Counted from the stretch's first letter, positions 28,555 to 38,223 are shown. The stretch: 64,000 nt of DNA from a bacterium (GCA_963674695.2 CAXXGI010000001.1:832001-896000); one strand, 5' to 3'. The notes: generated by a model from the letters alone, not told the origin. Numbers and translations are program-made.

Positions 28555-29286
28555 ATGCCGAATATCAAGGGAATCATCCTCGCCGGCGGAACCGGCTCGC
28601 GCCTGTATCCGCTGACCAAGGTGACCAACAAGCACCTGCTGCCGGTGGGCAACAAGCCGATGATCTACCATCCGCTCGAACGGCTGCTCGAGGCCGGCAT
28701 CGACGAGATCATGGTGGTCACCGGCCGCGAGCACATGGGGGATGTCGTCAACCTCCTCGGCAGCGGCACCGAGTTTGGCTGCCGCTTCACCTATCGGGTT
28801 CAGGATCAGGCCGGCGGCATCGCCGAGGCCCTGGGGCTGGCGCAGACCTTTGCCGGCGCCGATCCGATCGTCGTCCTCCTGGGCGACAACATCTTCGAAC
28901 ACCCGATCGCCCCGAGCATCGCCCGCTTCTGCGAACAGGGCGGCGGCGCGCGCGTCCTGCTCAAAAAGGTCACCGACCCCCAGCGCTTCGGCGTGGCCAC
29001 GATCGAAGACAACCGCATCGTCGCCATCGCCGAGAAGCCGAAGAAACCGGCCAGCGACATGGCCGTGACCGGCATCTATATGTATCATCCGGACGTCTTC
29101 GATTTTATCGCGACGCTCAGCCCTTCGGCGCGCGGCGAGTTGGAGATCACCGACGTCAACAGCTTCTATGCCCGCGAAGGCAAGCTCCATTTCGACGTGA
29201 TCGATGGATGGTGGACCGACGCGGGCACGTTCGAATCGCTGGCGCGCGCGAACGAGCTGCTCTTCAAAAGGCAGGCCTCCGCATGA
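28555..29286 (+). CDS. rmlA: Glucose-1-phosphate thymidylyltransferase
   Basis: GIILAGGTGSRLYPLT, LGDN, EKP, RGELEITD. Confidence 0.92.
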   Translation: MPNIKGIILAGGTGSRLYPLTKVTNKHLLPVGNKPMIYHPLERLLEAGIDEIMVVTGREHMGDVVNLLGSGTEFGCRFTYRVQDQAGGIAEALGLAQTFAGADPIVVLLGDNIFEHPIAPSIARFCEQGGGARVLLKKVTDPQRFGVATIEDNRIVAIAEKPKKPASDMAVTGIYMYHPDVFDFIATLSPSARGELEITDVNSFYAREGKLHFDVIDGWWTDAGTFESLARANELLFKRQASA

Positions 29287-30296
29287 AACTCCTGGTTACC
29301 GGCGGCGCCGGCTTTATCGGCACCAACTTCATCCACCTGGTGCTCACCGAGACCGCGCACACGGTCGTCAATCTCGACGCACTCACCTATGCGGGGCATC
29401 GGGGAAACTGCGCCGCCTTCGAGGGCGGCGGCCGTTATACGTTCGTGCAGGGCGATATCGCCGACGCGGAAGGCGTTGGAAAACTGCTCACACAGCATGA
29501 CTGCGACGCCATCGTCAACTTTGCCGCGGAATCGCACGTCGATCGCAGCATCCACGATGCGGCCGCCTTCATCCGGACCAACATCCAGGGGACGCAGGTG
29601 CTGCTCGATGCCGCGCGCGAGCACGGCGTGGGACGCTTCCTGCACATCTCCACCGACGAGGTCTACGGCGACCTCCAGATGGATGCGCCCGCCTTCACCG
29701 AAACCTCGCCGATTCGGCCGTCGAGTCCCTACGCCGCGAGCAAGGCCTCGGCCGACATGCTCGTGCTGGCCGCCCATCGCACGCACGGACAGCCGGTGAT
29801 CATCACGCGCTGTTCGAATAACTATGGCCCCTACCAACACCCGGAGAAGTTCATCCCCATGGCGATTCACCGGGCGCTCGCGGGAAAACCGATCCCGATC
29901 TACGGCCGCGGAGTGAATGTGCGCGACTGGATTCACGTGCACGACCACGCCGAGGGCATCCTGCGCGTCCTGGAGAAAGGGCGTGTGGGCGAAGCCTACA
30001 ACCTCGGCGGTAATTGCGAGCGGCGCAACATCGACGTGGCGCAGGCCATCCTCACACTCGTGGATGCACCCGAATCCCTCATCCGTTTCGTCGACGATCG
30101 CCCTGGACACGACCTGCGCTATGCGATCGATTTTACAAAGGCGCGCGACGAGCTCGGCTGGAGCCCACAGCATTCCTTCGACGAGGGGATCGCTGAAACC
30201 ATCGCCTGGTATCGCGAGAACCAGGAATGGCTGAAGCAGGTGCTCGGCCCGCGCTTTGAGGCCTACTTCAAGGCGCACTATGGAGACGTGCAATGA
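29283..30296 (+). CDS. rmlB: dTDP-glucose 4,6-dehydratase
   Basis: TGGAGFIG, AAESHVDRSI, STDEVYG, YAASK, DRPGHD. Confidence 0.96.
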   Translation: MKLLVTGGAGFIGTNFIHLVLTETAHTVVNLDALTYAGHRGNCAAFEGGGRYTFVQGDIADAEGVGKLLTQHDCDAIVNFAAESHVDRSIHDAAAFIRTNIQGTQVLLDAAREHGVGRFLHISTDEVYGDLQMDAPAFTETSPIRPSSPYAASKASADMLVLAAHRTHGQPVIITRCSNNYGPYQHPEKFIPMAIHRALAGKPIPIYGRGVNVRDWIHVHDHAEGILRVLEKGRVGEAYNLGGNCERRNIDVAQAILTLVDAPESLIRFVDDRPGHDLRYAIDFTKARDELGWSPQHSFDEGIAETIAWYRENQEWLKQVLGPRFEAYFKAHYGDVQ

Positions 30297-30811
30297 ACGA
30301 ACCGCATTTCACCGACACCGATGCCATCGATGGCGTCATCGTCACATCCGGCGTGCGCTATGAGGACGGGCGCGGCTGGCTCATGGAGTTCTTTCGTCAC
30401 GACGAGATGGACGCATCCGTCCATCCCGCGATGGGATACCTCTCGGTCACCAAGCCGGGTCTCTCGCGCGGGCCGCATGAACACCGCGAGCAGAGCGACG
30501 TCTTCTGCTTCGCCGGTCCGGGGACGTTTTGCATCGGCCTGTGGGACAACCGCGAGGGTTCGGCCACCTTCGACGCGCGCATGCGGCTCACCGCCGGCTC
30601 CGACGCGCCGCTCATCATCACCGTCCCGCCGGGGGTCGTGCATGGCTACCGCTGCATCTCGAAGGAGGCGGGCCTGGTCGTGAACGTCCCCAACCGCCTC
30701 TACCGCGGCGAGGGCAAACGCGATCCGATCGACGAGATCCGGCACGAGGACGACCCCGCAAATCCCTTCCGTCTCGACTTCGAAGCGATGACAGCGGAGT
30801 GCACGAGATGA
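30293..30811 (+). CDS. rmlC: dTDP-4-dehydrorhamnose 3,5-epimerase
   Basis: DGRGW..E, RGPH, VPPGVVHGY cupin motifs. Confidence 0.88.
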   Translation: MNEPHFTDTDAIDGVIVTSGVRYEDGRGWLMEFFRHDEMDASVHPAMGYLSVTKPGLSRGPHEHREQSDVFCFAGPGTFCIGLWDNREGSATFDARMRLTAGSDAPLIITVPPGVVHGYRCISKEAGLVVNVPNRLYRGEGKRDPIDEIRHEDDPANPFRLDFEAMTAECTR

Positions 30812-31662
30812 AGCTCCTCGTCACCGCAAAGAACGGCCAGGTCGGGGGGGCGATCACCCGCCTCGCCCAAGAGGCCGGCATCGAGACGATCGCGCTCGGG
30901 CACGCCGAGCTCGACATCGCCGATGCGGATGCGGTGAATCGCATCGTGACGGAGCTGCATCCGACCCACATCATCAACGCCGCCGCCTACAACAATGTCG
31001 ATGCCGCCGAGGAAGAGGATTCGGCCGCCTTCGCCTGCAATGCCCTGGGCCCGCAGCACCTGGCGCTGTCCGCCAAAAAGGTCGGGGCCACCCTCGTGCA
31101 CTACTCGACCGACTACGTCTTCGACGGCACCAAGCGGACGCCCTACACCGAGCAGGATCAGCCCAATCCACTGTCCGCCTATGGGCGCTCCAAGCTCGCC
31201 GGAGAGGAAAATGTGCGCGCGGCGCTGGATGAACACTATATCCTGCGCACCGCCTGGGTCTTCACGCCGGGGGGAAACAATTTCATCACGCGCCTGATCG
31301 AACGCGCCAAACGCGAGCACAACTTTCGTTTCATCGACGACTGCTGGGGCACACCCACCGATGCCTCCGATGTGGCGCGCGCCACCCTGAAACTCATCGA
31401 ACGCGCTGCCCCCTTCGGCCTCTATCACGCCGTCGGCGCCGAGGCCTTCACGCCGCTCGACTGGGCGCGCACCGTGCTCGAACGCGCCGGCGTCGACGCG
31501 ACGGTCGAGCCGATCCATGCCGACGAACTCGACCTGCGCGCGCCGCGCCCGAAACACTCGGTCCTGACCAACACAAAACTCGACGCCCTGGGAATTGCCA
31601 TCCCCAGCGGAAGAGAGCGTCTCGATGCTTTTTTCACCCTCACCGCGAAGGAGCGGACATGA
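30808..31662 (+). CDS. rmlD: dTDP-4-dehydrorhamnose reductase
   Basis: [23 protein letters not shown]. Confidence 0.93.
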   Translation: MKLLVTAKNGQVGGAITRLAQEAGIETIALGHAELDIADADAVNRIVTELHPTHIINAAAYNNVDAAEEEDSAAFACNALGPQHLALSAKKVGATLVHYSTDYVFDGTKRTPYTEQDQPNPLSAYGRSKLAGEENVRAALDEHYILRTAWVFTPGGNNFITRLIERAKREHNFRFIDDCWGTPTDASDVARATLKLIERAAPFGLYHAVGAEAFTPLDWARTVLERAGVDATVEPIHADELDLRAPRPKHSVLTNTKLDALGIAIPSGRERLDAFFTLTAKERT

Positions 31663-32396
31663 TCCACGGCAAGAAGGTCATCGTCGTCATGCCGGCATAC
31701 AACGCCGAAAAGACGGTGAAGGCGACCTACGATGAGATTCCCCACGACATCGTCGACGAAGTTCTGCTCGTCGACGACTGCAGCGCCGACCGCACCGCGG
31801 AGATCGCCCACGAGATGGGACTGCACGTCGTGCGCCACGAGGAAAACCTCGGCTACGGCGGCAACCAGAAGACCTGTTACCGCGAGGCGCTTGAAAAGGG
31901 TGCCGACATCGTGGTCATGCTCCACCCCGATTATCAGTACGATCCGAGGCTCATCACCGCGATGACCTCGCTCATCGCCCTGGGGCTCTACGACGCCACC
32001 CTGGGTTCGCGCATCCTGGGCGTGGGCGCGCGTCGCGGGGGCATGCCGCTCTACAAATATCTGGCCAACCGTTTTCTGACCCTCGTGGAGAACTGGATGG
32101 TCGGGTACAAGCTCGCCGAGTATCACACGGGGTATCGCGCCTTCTCGCGGCGCCTGCTCGAACGCCTGCCGCTGGAGGCAAACTCGGATGACTTCGTCTT
32201 CGACAACCAGATGCTGGCGCAGGCGATCTACTACGGCTTCGATATCGGCGAGATCACCTGCCCAACGAAATACTTTCCCGAGGCCAGCTCGATCAACTTC
32301 AGCCGCAGCGTCACCTACGGCCTGGGCGTCTTAAAGACCGGGCTCACCTTTCGGTTGGCCAAGTGGAAGCTGATCCGATCGAAGATCTTTCCGTGA
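31659..32396 (+). CDS. Glycosyltransferase family 2 (polyprenol-phosphate sugar synthase-like)
   Basis: VVMPAYN, VDDCS, GYGGNQK, HPDYQY, GSR, TGYRAF. Confidence 0.92.
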   Translation: MIHGKKVIVVMPAYNAEKTVKATYDEIPHDIVDEVLLVDDCSADRTAEIAHEMGLHVVRHEENLGYGGNQKTCYREALEKGADIVVMLHPDYQYDPRLITAMTSLIALGLYDATLGSRILGVGARRGGMPLYKYLANRFLTLVENWMVGYKLAEYHTGYRAFSRRLLERLPLEANSDDFVFDNQMLAQAIYYGFDIGEITCPTKYFPEASSINFSRSVTYGLGVLKTGLTFRLAKWKLIRSKIFP

Positions 32397-32411
32397 GGCA
32401 GGCACCCTTCC

Positions 32412-33980
32412 ATGACCGCAACCCGCAGACAGATTCTCCTGCTCCTGATCATCCTCGCCGCCGCCGCGGCGCTGCTTACCGCAAATTTGGGTCAGCGACT
32501 CCTCTGGCAGGATGAGGCCGAGGTGGCGCTCCTGGCTCGTTCCATCGATGCGCACGGCGTGCCCACCGCATGGGATGGGCGCAACATCATCACCCAGCAG
32601 AACGGGACGGAATTCGACGACGGCTTCACCTGGCGCTGGTCGGCCTGGGGAGGCCCCTTCATCGTTTGGGCCTCGACGACATGCTTCGGCCAGACTCCCT
32701 TTGGTTTTCGTTTTCCCGGCGCCCTCTTCGGCTGGCTCACGATCCTCATCACTTTCTTCATGGCACGACGCTGGACGGGGCGCACCGACGTCGCGCTCTT
32801 GAGTTGCACCTTCCTCCTGTTGAACATTCCCTTCCTGTTGCACGCACGCCAATGCCGCTATTATTCGATCATCTCCTGTTTGGGCATCACCATGCTCTGG
32901 ACCTGGCGCTCGTTGCCAAACCGGCGCGCGTGGATCGCACTCACGCTCTGCGGTGCGGCCATGTTCTATGTGAACGAACTGGCGCTCGCCGCCCTCATGG
33001 GACCGTTGCTCGTCTATGCGATCGCAGTGGATCGCCACCGCCGCCGCATCCGGTGGACGCTCTCGGCGATTGGGGCGATGGCCCTGATCGGCATTCCGGA
33101 GATCCTCATGCGCACCCAGGCCTCCGGCGCTGCCTGGCATACCCTCGCGTTGGGAGAAGCGGGACTGCGCATCGGCAAGGGGCTCTTCGAGTGGAACAAC
33201 GTCATCTTTCCCGCCATCGCGCTCGCCCTCATCCTCGTCTTTCGCCGCCACCTGCGCCCAGCGACGGAGAAACTGGCGTGGCTCATGCTCTGCGCGCTTG
33301 CCCTCTTCCCCCTCCTGATGACGCCCTTTCTCGATCCAAACATCCGGTATGCGACCTACGGATTTCCCCTGGCCGCGCTCCTCATCGCCGCGGTGACCGT
33401 GGATGTCTGGCGCTGGAGGCGCCCGGCGGCCGTCGGCATCGCCGCGATCCTTCTCGGCACGAACCTCGTCGCGATAGGCCCGATCGTCTGGCTCGGACGC
33501 CCGCTCAAGAGTGAGATCGTTGGATTCGCGCAGGAGATCACCGAAGACTATCGCGGGCCCACCGAGGCGATCGTCGCCCTCCTCAACGATGAGGCCAAAC
33601 CGGACGATGTGCTGCTGGCCACCTACGGACAACTGCCGCTCATGCTGCACACGCCGCTTCGCATCGCGAACATGCTGCCGAGCCAGCGCGCCGAGGCGCT
33701 CGGACTGCCGCGCTTCACCCACGATCCGATGGAAGCGCGTTGGTTCATCCCGCGCAATACCGTCTGCCGGGATTGTCCGCCACTCGATCCGATATTCTGG
33801 AAGCAGCACCTCGAAGACCGGGGAGCAACGCTCGTCCCCTTCGCGCTCGAGGTGGAGGATTTGAAATACGGCAACTCGCCCAACATCACCTCCCACCGCT
33901 TCACCTCACCGCATGCGCGCGCGGATGAAGGGCTCATCATCTACCGCATCGACTGGCCCGAAGACCACCCTGTGCCATAA
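32412..33980 (+). CDS. GT-C membrane glycosyltransferase (ArnT/PMT-like)
   Basis: LWQDE motif after TM1, R.P.A, RYY, many TM helices. Confidence 0.82.
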   Translation: MTATRRQILLLLIILAAAAALLTANLGQRLLWQDEAEVALLARSIDAHGVPTAWDGRNIITQQNGTEFDDGFTWRWSAWGGPFIVWASTTCFGQTPFGFRFPGALFGWLTILITFFMARRWTGRTDVALLSCTFLLLNIPFLLHARQCRYYSIISCLGITMLWTWRSLPNRRAWIALTLCGAAMFYVNELALAALMGPLLVYAIAVDRHRRRIRWTLSAIGAMALIGIPEILMRTQASGAAWHTLALGEAGLRIGKGLFEWNNVIFPAIALALILVFRRHLRPATEKLAWLMLCALALFPLLMTPFLDPNIRYATYGFPLAALLIAAVTVDVWRWRRPAAVGIAAILLGTNLVAIGPIVWLGRPLKSEIVGFAQEITEDYRGPTEAIVALLNDEAKPDDVLLATYGQLPLMLHTPLRIANMLPSQRAEALGLPRFTHDPMEARWFIPRNTVCRDCPPLDPIFWKQHLEDRGATLVPFALEVEDLKYGNSPNITSHRFTSPHARADEGLIIYRIDWPEDHPVP

Positions 33981-34390
33981 TGGAAATGTGGGTTTTACTG
34001 TCATTCATTGCCTATTTGCCTTCCGATCTCCGATTGTGATGCGGATATCGATAAGGATGAAATCGATTATTGATTCCTGAAATATGATACCGGCTCAGAT
34101 GAGCCGGTCATCAGAAATCAACAATCAACATCGGGATCAATATCATCATCACGATCAGTTGTACTGTACTATCAAGTCAATCACCTAACAGGTGTGCGAT
34201 GATATCGTGACTACTGCACATTATGCTATCGTGACAGTTTGCCGTGGTCCACTGGACCAAGTTTTCCTGTCTTGATTCTCCATTTCACATCGTGCCGGAA
34301 TCTCGGATGTCCGATTCGGTTTCTCAATCGGTTGTCGGTTTTTCGTTTCAGGCCACGTCGATCACATTCAAAAAACGATCACGACTAATG
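33981..34390 (-). ncRNA. Candidate large structured ncRNA (about 410 nt)
   Basis: ORF-free, AT-rich, nested hairpins and long-range pairings; A.C mismatches on plus become G-U on minus. Confidence 0.45.
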
Positions 34391-34401
34391 CCATAAACCA
34401 T

Positions 34402-34434
34402 AAAAAACCCCCGACAGGAATTCCTGTCGGGGGT
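34402..34434 (-). terminator. Intrinsic terminator of the Lys-rich protein gene
   Basis: Perfect hairpin ACCCCCGACAGG-AATT-CCTGTCGGGGGT followed by T run. Confidence 0.9.
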
Positions 34435-34457
34435 CTTTCATTCAGCAATAATAGTGC

Positions 34458-34805
34458 TTAGCGAGCGTTCAGACGATTCTTCTTCACATAGGCCCACAAC
34501 TTCTTCGTCATCTGACTCGGCGCGATCGGGGTCTTGCCAAAGATCTTTTCCATGCTCTCCGTGCAGCTCTTAAAATTCACGGTATAGCCGCCGAACGCCT
34601 TTTTCTTGCCCGCCGCCTTTTTCTTCTTCGCTGCCTTTTTCTTCTTCACGACTTTTTTCTTCTTCACGACCTTCTTTTTCTTCTTCGCTACCTTTTTCTT
34701 CTTTACGACTTTCTTCTTCTTCACGATCTTTTTCTTCTTCGCTACTTTCTTCTTCTTTACGATCTTTTTCTTCTTCGCGACCTTTTTCTTTTTCCGCTTG
34801 ACCAT
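34458..34805 (-). CDS. Lysine-repeat histone-like protein with SWIB/MDM2-like C-terminus
   Basis: About ten KKKK[VIA][AV] units, then IFG...PSQMTKKLWAYVKKNRL; GGGAGG RBS. Confidence 0.85.
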   Translation of the reverse strand: MVKRKKKKVAKKKKIVKKKKVAKKKKIVKKKKVVKKKKVAKKKKKVVKKKKVVKKKKAAKKKKAAGKKKAFGGYTVNFKSCTESMEKIFGKTPIAPSQMTKKLWAYVKKNRLNAR

Positions 34806-34922
34806 AACCCCTCCCTTTCGGATGGGCGCGCTCCCGAGGGAGCTTATGCGCCGTTAGCAAGTGGAACGCCCTTCTCACGTATATCGTCGTGATTTATAGC
34901 AAATTCTACACCTCAAATAAAT

Positions 34923-34960
34923 AAAAAAAGGCGCCGTGCAGCTTTCTGCTGCACGGCGTC
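34923..34960 (-). terminator. Intrinsic terminator of ilvE
   Basis: GACGCCGTGCAGC/GCTGCACGGCGCC hairpin plus T7. Confidence 0.85.
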
Positions 34961-34988
34961 ATTGATAACGACATCTCCATTGCGCACA

Positions 34989-35906
34989 TCAGATCATCGT
35001 GAGCCAGGAACGATGACGCTCGTTCTTGCCTCGTACGAGATCGAAGTAGGCATCCTGCAGTCGCTTGGTGATCGGTCCCGGCCTTCCTGCCCCGATGCAC
35101 CGATCGTCGATCTCCCGCACAGGAGTCACCTCAGCGGCCGTCCCGACGATGAAGACTTCATCGCAGAGATAGAGGTGATCGCGCGTAAACCGCTCTTCCC
35201 GCACCGGCAGATCCATCTCACGACAGAGGGTGATGATCGTATCGCGCGTGATCCCGGGCAGGATGGGGGAATAGGTCGGCGCGGTACGGATGACGCCATC
35301 GCGAACGGCAAAGAGGTTTTCACCGGAGCATTCGGCGACATACCCTTGCGTGTCGAGCATAATCGCTTCGTCGTAACCGCCAGCGATCGCCTCGCGCTTC
35401 GCCAGGGATGAGGGGACATACTGTCCGATAATCTTTCCCTGCACCATGCCGACGTTGACGTGATGACGGTTGAAGGATGAGACCTTCAGCCGCGTTCCCG
35501 ACTCGAGCGCTTCTTTGCCCAAATAGGCGCCCCACTTCCAGCAGGCAACGGCAACCCGGGTCGTATTGACCGCTGCCAACCCCATGGCGCCATCGCCACA
35601 AAACATGAGCGGGCGCAGGTAGCATTCGTCGAGCTCGTTGGCCCGAACGACTTCGACGCAGGCTTGCGCCACCTCCTCCTCGCTAAAGGCCGGCTCCATC
35701 TTTAAAATTTTGAGGCCATCGGACATCCGGCGCACATGTTCCTTGAGCCGAAAGATGGCCGACCCACCATCATGGAGACGATAGCACCGAATACCTTCAA
35801 AGACGCCAACGCCATAGTGCAGGGTATGGGTGAGGATGGGAACCTGCGCGTCGTTCCAATCGACAAACCTTCCATCCAACCAGACCTTCTTCGTCGGTTC
35901 GACCAT
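34989..35906 (-). CDS. ilvE: Branched-chain amino acid aminotransferase
   Basis: LHYG.GVFEG, YLRP, GENLF, LPGITR, GTAAEVTP. Confidence 0.96.
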   Translation of the reverse strand: MVEPTKKVWLDGRFVDWNDAQVPILTHTLHYGVGVFEGIRCYRLHDGGSAIFRLKEHVRRMSDGLKILKMEPAFSEEEVAQACVEVVRANELDECYLRPLMFCGDGAMGLAAVNTTRVAVACWKWGAYLGKEALESGTRLKVSSFNRHHVNVGMVQGKIIGQYVPSSLAKREAIAGGYDEAIMLDTQGYVAECSGENLFAVRDGVIRTAPTYSPILPGITRDTIITLCREMDLPVREERFTRDHLYLCDEVFIVGTAAEVTPVREIDDRCIGAGRPGPITKRLQDAYFDLVRGKNERHRSWLTMI

Positions 35907-36142
35907 ATCAGACCTCCTCGCGGCAGTTGATGTATGACGGAGATGAACCTAATCGATGGACTACAGGGGAGCAATACAAAACCCGCGGGACAGATGAGAC
36001 TGCCATTACTGGAAACGGCTCAATTTCGTCTTTGAGGAAACAAATTTCGGAAAGACGTATGGCGTGCCATCAAACGGCACCGTCTTGAACGGAAAAAAGT
36101 TGAATAACTTATGACAAGCGAATCACTCTTCAATGGGAGGGG

Positions 36143-37057
36143 TCAGAGTTCGAACGCTTTGACGCGCCCCACAATCCAGTCGAGCACCTGCGGTCCGACG
36201 AGCGTCACGCCCTGACCGAAGAAATCTTGCAGCGCAATAGCCGCCGCATTGAGGCCATAAACGCTTCCCGTATCGACGCGCTCGTCGAGATAGCCCAACC
36301 ACTTGAGCGCATCACAGACGTCCCGCTGAATGCTCGTTGCATTCTTCCCCATCGCCTCACCCATGATGAACGCGCCGTGATCCTGAAGCATCTTCCGATC
36401 GCTGTGCAACTGTTCGAGTAGGGCGACCTTCGAATAGCGACAACGCATGATGAGCAGACCGACGGTATCGATGCCGATGCGCTTCCCATCCAACTGCGCA
36501 TCATCCGCCACACGAAACTTCTTGTTCATCTTCCCCATCGCCACCCGACGCTGAGCATACACCTCTTTGAGCACTCGGCGCTGAAAGACACTCGCCAGTT
36601 CACGCGTCTGCTCGCCATAATCGCCATCGGCAACGATCGTCATGTTGAGTACGCGCCCGAGCGCCTTCTGGGCATAGGTCATCAGTCTCCGGAAATGACG
36701 CGGGGGAATGGGGTCGCCCGCCCCGGCTGAACGCAATTCGCGCGTCCCCATCTCCAGTGCGGTCTGTCGCTTGGCCAGGATGCGATAGGCCGGATCGCGC
36801 GACAGAAGCAATCCCAGGATGGGCGGCTCATTCAGAGAGGCAATATCGGTCCGATCGATCGCGTCCTTTTTCCCGCCCAACCCGGCCAACACATCGAAGG
36901 CCTCGCGATACCCATCCAGTCGCGCATACGAGGAGGATTGATTCGAGATGCGGACGACGCCATCATTTTTTGCATCGCAGAATTTCTTTCCGGGCTCGCA
37001 GAAACCGAGTCGGCTGACGTTCTGCATATCCTCTCTGGTGAGACGCATCTGCCCCAT
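36143..37057 (-). CDS. Hypothetical protein with peptidoglycan-binding (PG_binding_1)-like motifs
   Basis: QKALG...ADGDYGEQTRELASVFQ and a degenerate second LKWLGY...YG...LQ unit. Confidence 0.65.
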   Translation of the reverse strand: MGQMRLTREDMQNVSRLGFCEPGKKFCDAKNDGVVRISNQSSSYARLDGYREAFDVLAGLGGKKDAIDRTDIASLNEPPILGLLLSRDPAYRILAKRQTALEMGTRELRSAGAGDPIPPRHFRRLMTYAQKALGRVLNMTIVADGDYGEQTRELASVFQRRVLKEVYAQRRVAMGKMNKKFRVADDAQLDGKRIGIDTVGLLIMRCRYSKVALLEQLHSDRKMLQDHGAFIMGEAMGKNATSIQRDVCDALKWLGYLDERVDTGSVYGLNAAAIALQDFFGQGVTLVGPQVLDWIVGRVKAFEL

Positions 37058-37099
37058 GGAGACAAACCCTTTCTGTGCACGAACAATCGATACGATTCC

Positions 37100-37126
37100 T
37101 TGTCGGCAATCGTGAGAAAAAGTTGC
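37100..37126 (-). promoter_or_regulatory. sigma28/FliA-like promoter
   Basis: GCAA-15nt(CTTT...)-GCCGACAA, 42 nt upstream of the 37057 ATG. Confidence 0.7.
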
Positions 37127-37217
37127 GCACTTTTCAGAATTGTCAATACACTGATATTACTGTATAATTTCGACATTCATCAAAGAACTTCCTGCCTTTC
37201 CCAGGGAAAGGGGCCCC

Positions 37218-37661
37218 ATGGCTCCCTCCACGCGCGCCACAAGCGTCGCCCGCATCCGGATCGCCGCGTCACTGACCTGGGTCGATCGCTATCTCGCGCG
37301 CGCCAGGAGACGCATGCCAACGATGGCACTGCCCAAGGTCATCCGCGCCTTCCGACCGAACCCCAAAAAGAAACATCGAACACTCGGCAGTTGTTGCCGC
37401 GCCGATGCCTCGATCAACATCGCCACGCACACCGTTGAGGTTCGCGAAATCAAGGGACGCAAGAGACGCATCCTGCGTGAACTGACACGCCTGGAGATCC
37501 TGCAAACGCTCGCCCATGAGCTGGCACATCTCGCCTATGAGCGTCACGACTATGAACAGGAATGGTATGCTCGCACCATCTTTCACACCTTCGGCCTGAC
37601 CGAGACCTGCCCCCACTGCGAGGGGAAGGGGAAGATCCCCGCCCGCTACGAAAACACCTGA
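37218..37661 (+). CDS. Small zinc metallopeptidase-like protein (SprT/WLM-like) with CxxC tail
   Basis: TLAHELAHL...HD and CPHCEGKG. Confidence 0.7.
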   Translation: MAPSTRATSVARIRIAASLTWVDRYLARARRRMPTMALPKVIRAFRPNPKKKHRTLGSCCRADASINIATHTVEVREIKGRKRRILRELTRLEILQTLAHELAHLAYERHDYEQEWYARTIFHTFGLTETCPHCEGKGKIPARYENT

Positions 37662-37726
37662 TGGCCCGCTCAACGTCCTCCCTTCACGCCTCCAGGGCGT
37701 GACCTTTTATATTGGCCATTTTTCAC

Positions 37727-37753
37727 GCAACTTTTTCGGCCTCCCGCCGAAAC
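37727..37753 (+). promoter_or_regulatory. sigma28/FliA-like promoter
   Basis: GCAA-15nt(CTTT...)-GCCGAAAC. Confidence 0.65.
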
Positions 37754-37804
37754 GTGAGCATTCCGGAGGGCACCCATCGACACTGGAGAAAAGGAATCCC
37801 TGAT

Positions 37805-37969
37805 GGGCACCTCTCATAACTCATATTTGCCGCCGCGAGGGGAAATCGGGTGTATCTGGAACAAGCTTCATCGTCGTTGTGCCCGCCAGAGGCGGGTCCG
37901 CCTTTGGCGGAAAGATACACCCGATTTCCCCTCGCAGCGGCAAATAAACCCACATACTTCGAGGTGCCC
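37805..37969. mobile_element. MITE-like palindromic element
   Basis: Terminal IR GGGCACCTC/GAGGTGCCC, flanking TGAT duplication, internal 33-bp IR (1 mismatch) 37825-37857/37913-37945. Confidence 0.75.
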
Positions 37970-37971
37970 TG

Positions 37972-38223
37972 ATGTTCACATCCCCTTCCTTGCGATACGC
38001 CATCGCCACTGCCATCATCGGACTGAGCGTCACGCTCATCAACCCCATCATGCAGACCGCCTCACCGTCACAGACCCTGCTGCAAGGGATCCGATCCCCA
38101 TCCCTGCCCACGATGACGACAACAGCATCATCACCAACAGCGACCGTCGGATGGCGCTTCCCAAACGAGAGAGAGATGACCAGAAAATCCGCACCGAAAA
38201 ACCCTCGAACACTTGTTAAATAG
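37972..38223 (+). CDS. Small putative secreted/membrane-anchored protein (83 aa)
   Basis: Hydrophobic N-terminal segment, Ser/Thr/Pro-rich body; GAGGTG RBS. Confidence 0.5.
   Translation: MFTSPSLRYAIATAIIGLSVTLINPIMQTASPSQTLLQGIRSPSLPTMTTTASSPTATVGWRFPNEREMTRKSAPKNPRTLVK

Noticed and set aside
34225-34270. c-di-GMP-I riboswitch (GGCAAAC on minus)
   Set aside because: No GNRA-capped P2 or GACGCAAA/P3 pattern follows
34606-34857. Phe-rich membrane-like ORF
   Set aside because: Reverse complement of the poly-Lys codons; RBS and terminator support the minus-strand gene
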